DNA of 64,000 nucleotides from Yuukianura sp. NJ FZ-2021. Taxonomy: Eukaryota. The first letter of the stretch is position 1; each line of letters starts with the position of its first letter. Positions 62,501 to 64,000 of this stretch are shown here, piece after piece. A model generated the notes under the pieces. That model searched no databases and was not told the origin of the DNA. It saw nothing but the letters and a program-made list of their open reading frames with translations. The position numbers were made by a program, and so were the translations under genes. The stretch lies in contig CM102286.1 in assembly GCA_046563655.1 (NCBI GenBank), positions 5,208,001 through 5,272,000 of the forward strand, given 5' to 3'.

Positions 62501-63737
62501 TTGTTCACGTTGTGTCAGGTGAGATGCAACTAATTAACTTTAATAAAACTGAAAACTATTCGTTATAATCAAAAATTAACTTAACTCGTTACAACAGATC
62601 CAAAAGAGTAAACAGTTTTAGGCGGGATGTCAAACCAACGCGCAATTTCGAGCAGGGTTCGTCACTTTAGGACCCCAGTAGCAAAAGCTTACCACCCAAA
62701 TCCCGCTAAATTTTTCGAACGCCCTGTAGAATCTTTCGGTGGCCGCAGGCCACCGAAGATTCTAGTCTATTTTATATTACAAAATCTCTAACACAGTCCT
62801 CCTGTCCTCTGTGTGTGAGTGAAATGAGAGTTAACTCCTGGCTCTCTTATTCACTTTGTGTGAACAGCAGCAAAATATAAACAGTTAACTCTCACTCAAG
62901 CACAGGAGGACAAGAAGCTATATGTCGTAGTGGTCTTCTAATTCACTCTCTTCATAATCTCTCTCCCAATAGCGAATCTACCCTCCGCTGCACGCATGAC
63001 AATTTTGTACAAACAACGGTTGAAATAAACTAAATATTGGATAACTGTACCCAACATTTGTTTTTATCCCGTCTTTTTGTAAATTTAACTATTGGGTAAT
63101 CGTTTTTTGTGCGATTAGTCAGTCAAACTGATACGTACGCAACAGTCTAGAATCTTTCGGTGGCCGTAGGCCACCGAAGATTCTAGTTGTATCACATCGT
63201 ACCTCCTCTGTCAGAAGTTTGTGGAGTTCGATTTTACAATCTTCCATTCTCATTTTGTCTGCACTATCAACGACCCAAACTAATCCATCGGTACTTTCAA
63301 AGTAATTCCGCCAGTAAGATCGCAAACTTTTTTGACCGCCAACGTCCCAAATGTTTAGTTGAAAACTGAAATGAAGTAAGTTAAGTAAGCGAGGATTAAA
63401 CTGTTAACATGTTAGATTTGATAATTTTGGAACAAAACTCACCCTTTGTGTTCCAAAGATTTAATGTTAAATCCTAAGGTTGGTGAAATATCGTAGATAT
63501 CTTCTCCGTTAAATTTTTTCCAGATTGTAGTTTTGCCAGCATTATCTAATCCGCTGAAAAAACGAAGAAATGTTGAGTCCGTATACCATAGTACAAGTTA
63601 CTTACAATGCAGTGTCAACAATTATACGGTCTGTTCGAAGTGCAAAGTACTAAAATATCAAAGAAAACTTACAGCATAAGGATCCGCACCTCCTTTTCTT
63701 TTTGCTTCAACTTTTTCAAAATTTTTAGCAACCCCAT
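59541..63737 (-). CDS. Arl2: ADP-ribosylation factor-like protein 2
   Basis: Exons 63737-63673, 63553-63442, 63366-63203, 59857-59777, 59675-59541. Sequence includes [66 protein letters not shown] and [10 protein letters not shown]. Confidence 0.97.
60692..61854 (-). CDS. DD41D transposase, two coding exons (~366 aa)
   Basis: Exons 61854-61048 and 60985-60692 (CGG|gttagt...caatag|GAC). Motifs [13 protein letters not shown] and [12 protein letters not shown]. After splicing there are 41 residues between the second and third Asp. Confidence 0.9.
61883..62217. repeat. 49-bp minisatellite (~7 copies) inside the transposon, upstream of the transposase ATG
   Basis: Unit CAAATTCAGGTACTTTAAATCAGAAATCTCATTATACCCCATATTAAGT starts at 61883, 61932, 61981, 62030, 62079, 62128 and 62177. 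Confidence 0.97.
62766..63186 (+). mobile_element. Non-autonomous Helitron-like element copy 2 (intact)
   Basis: Begins with TC directly after the CTAG of copy 1. Ends with the palindrome CTAGAATCTTTCGGTGGCC-gta-GGCCACCGAAGATTCTAG|T. Confidence 0.85.
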
Positions 63738-64000
63738 CGCGAATCGAAATCGTCTGAACGCCCGAAGCGATTGTTACGATAAGGCGGTGTACTAATAATG
63801 ATGCTAAGGAGCACCTAATTAACCGTAATTGAGAAAACGTCGCTTAATTAATTAGTGAAAACCCCACAGTGCTTAACGATGTTCGCTAAATTAGAGATTC
63901 ATGCTAAATTTATGCGAATGAATGAATCACCTGAGTTTGTTTACAAGTTCTCGGTTTGACGGATGGTTGATCAAACACTACGCACGCCCATTCCTTACGT

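Larger units (their letters stand above)
60315..62726 (-). mobile_element. Full-length Tc1/mariner DNA transposon, DD41D (rosa/Visitor-type)
   Basis: Perfect 25-bp TIRs (CAGGGCGTTCGAAAAATTTAGCGGG), TA duplication at 60313-60314 and 62727-62728, and an internal transposase. Confidence 0.95.
59929..62765 (+). mobile_element. Non-autonomous Helitron-like element copy 1 (~420 bp of own sequence), interrupted by the Tc1/mariner element
   Basis: Starts A|TC at 59929. The body (59929-60314) matches copy 2. Its 3' palindrome and CTAG resume at 62729-62765 after the insertion. Confidence 0.8.

Overview
AT-rich eukaryotic genomic window with short GT-AG introns. It is from an arthropod (RR-type cuticle protein, invertebrate claudin, ZAD-like protein); hexapod, possibly Collembola, is an inference only. 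All gene models were built by hand from splice sites and reading phase. Genes in order: a large multi-exon low-complexity protein with a C-terminal SAM domain (+), carrying two nested antisense Kunitz genes, a Helitron-like element and a hAT deletion derivative in its introns; a Gly/Ala-rich unknown protein (-); an NPC2/ML-domain protein (+); an RR-1 cuticle protein (-); GIT ArfGAP (+); EML/EMAP (+); lin-52 (-); RpL36 (+); ALDH6A1 (+); a claudin (-); a ZAD-like protein (-); PinX1 (+); the serine palmitoyltransferase small subunit (+, missed by the ORF track); and Arl2 (-), whose third intron holds a tandem Helitron pair interrupted by an intron-containing DD41D Tc1/mariner. The best candidate for a novel system is programmed stop-codon readthrough in the claudin gene. 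Its TGA is followed by CAA-TTA, a long stem-loop and 371 further in-frame codons ending in a PDZ-binding-like motif (ESSF). The same gene also has a tandem array of decoy splice acceptors.
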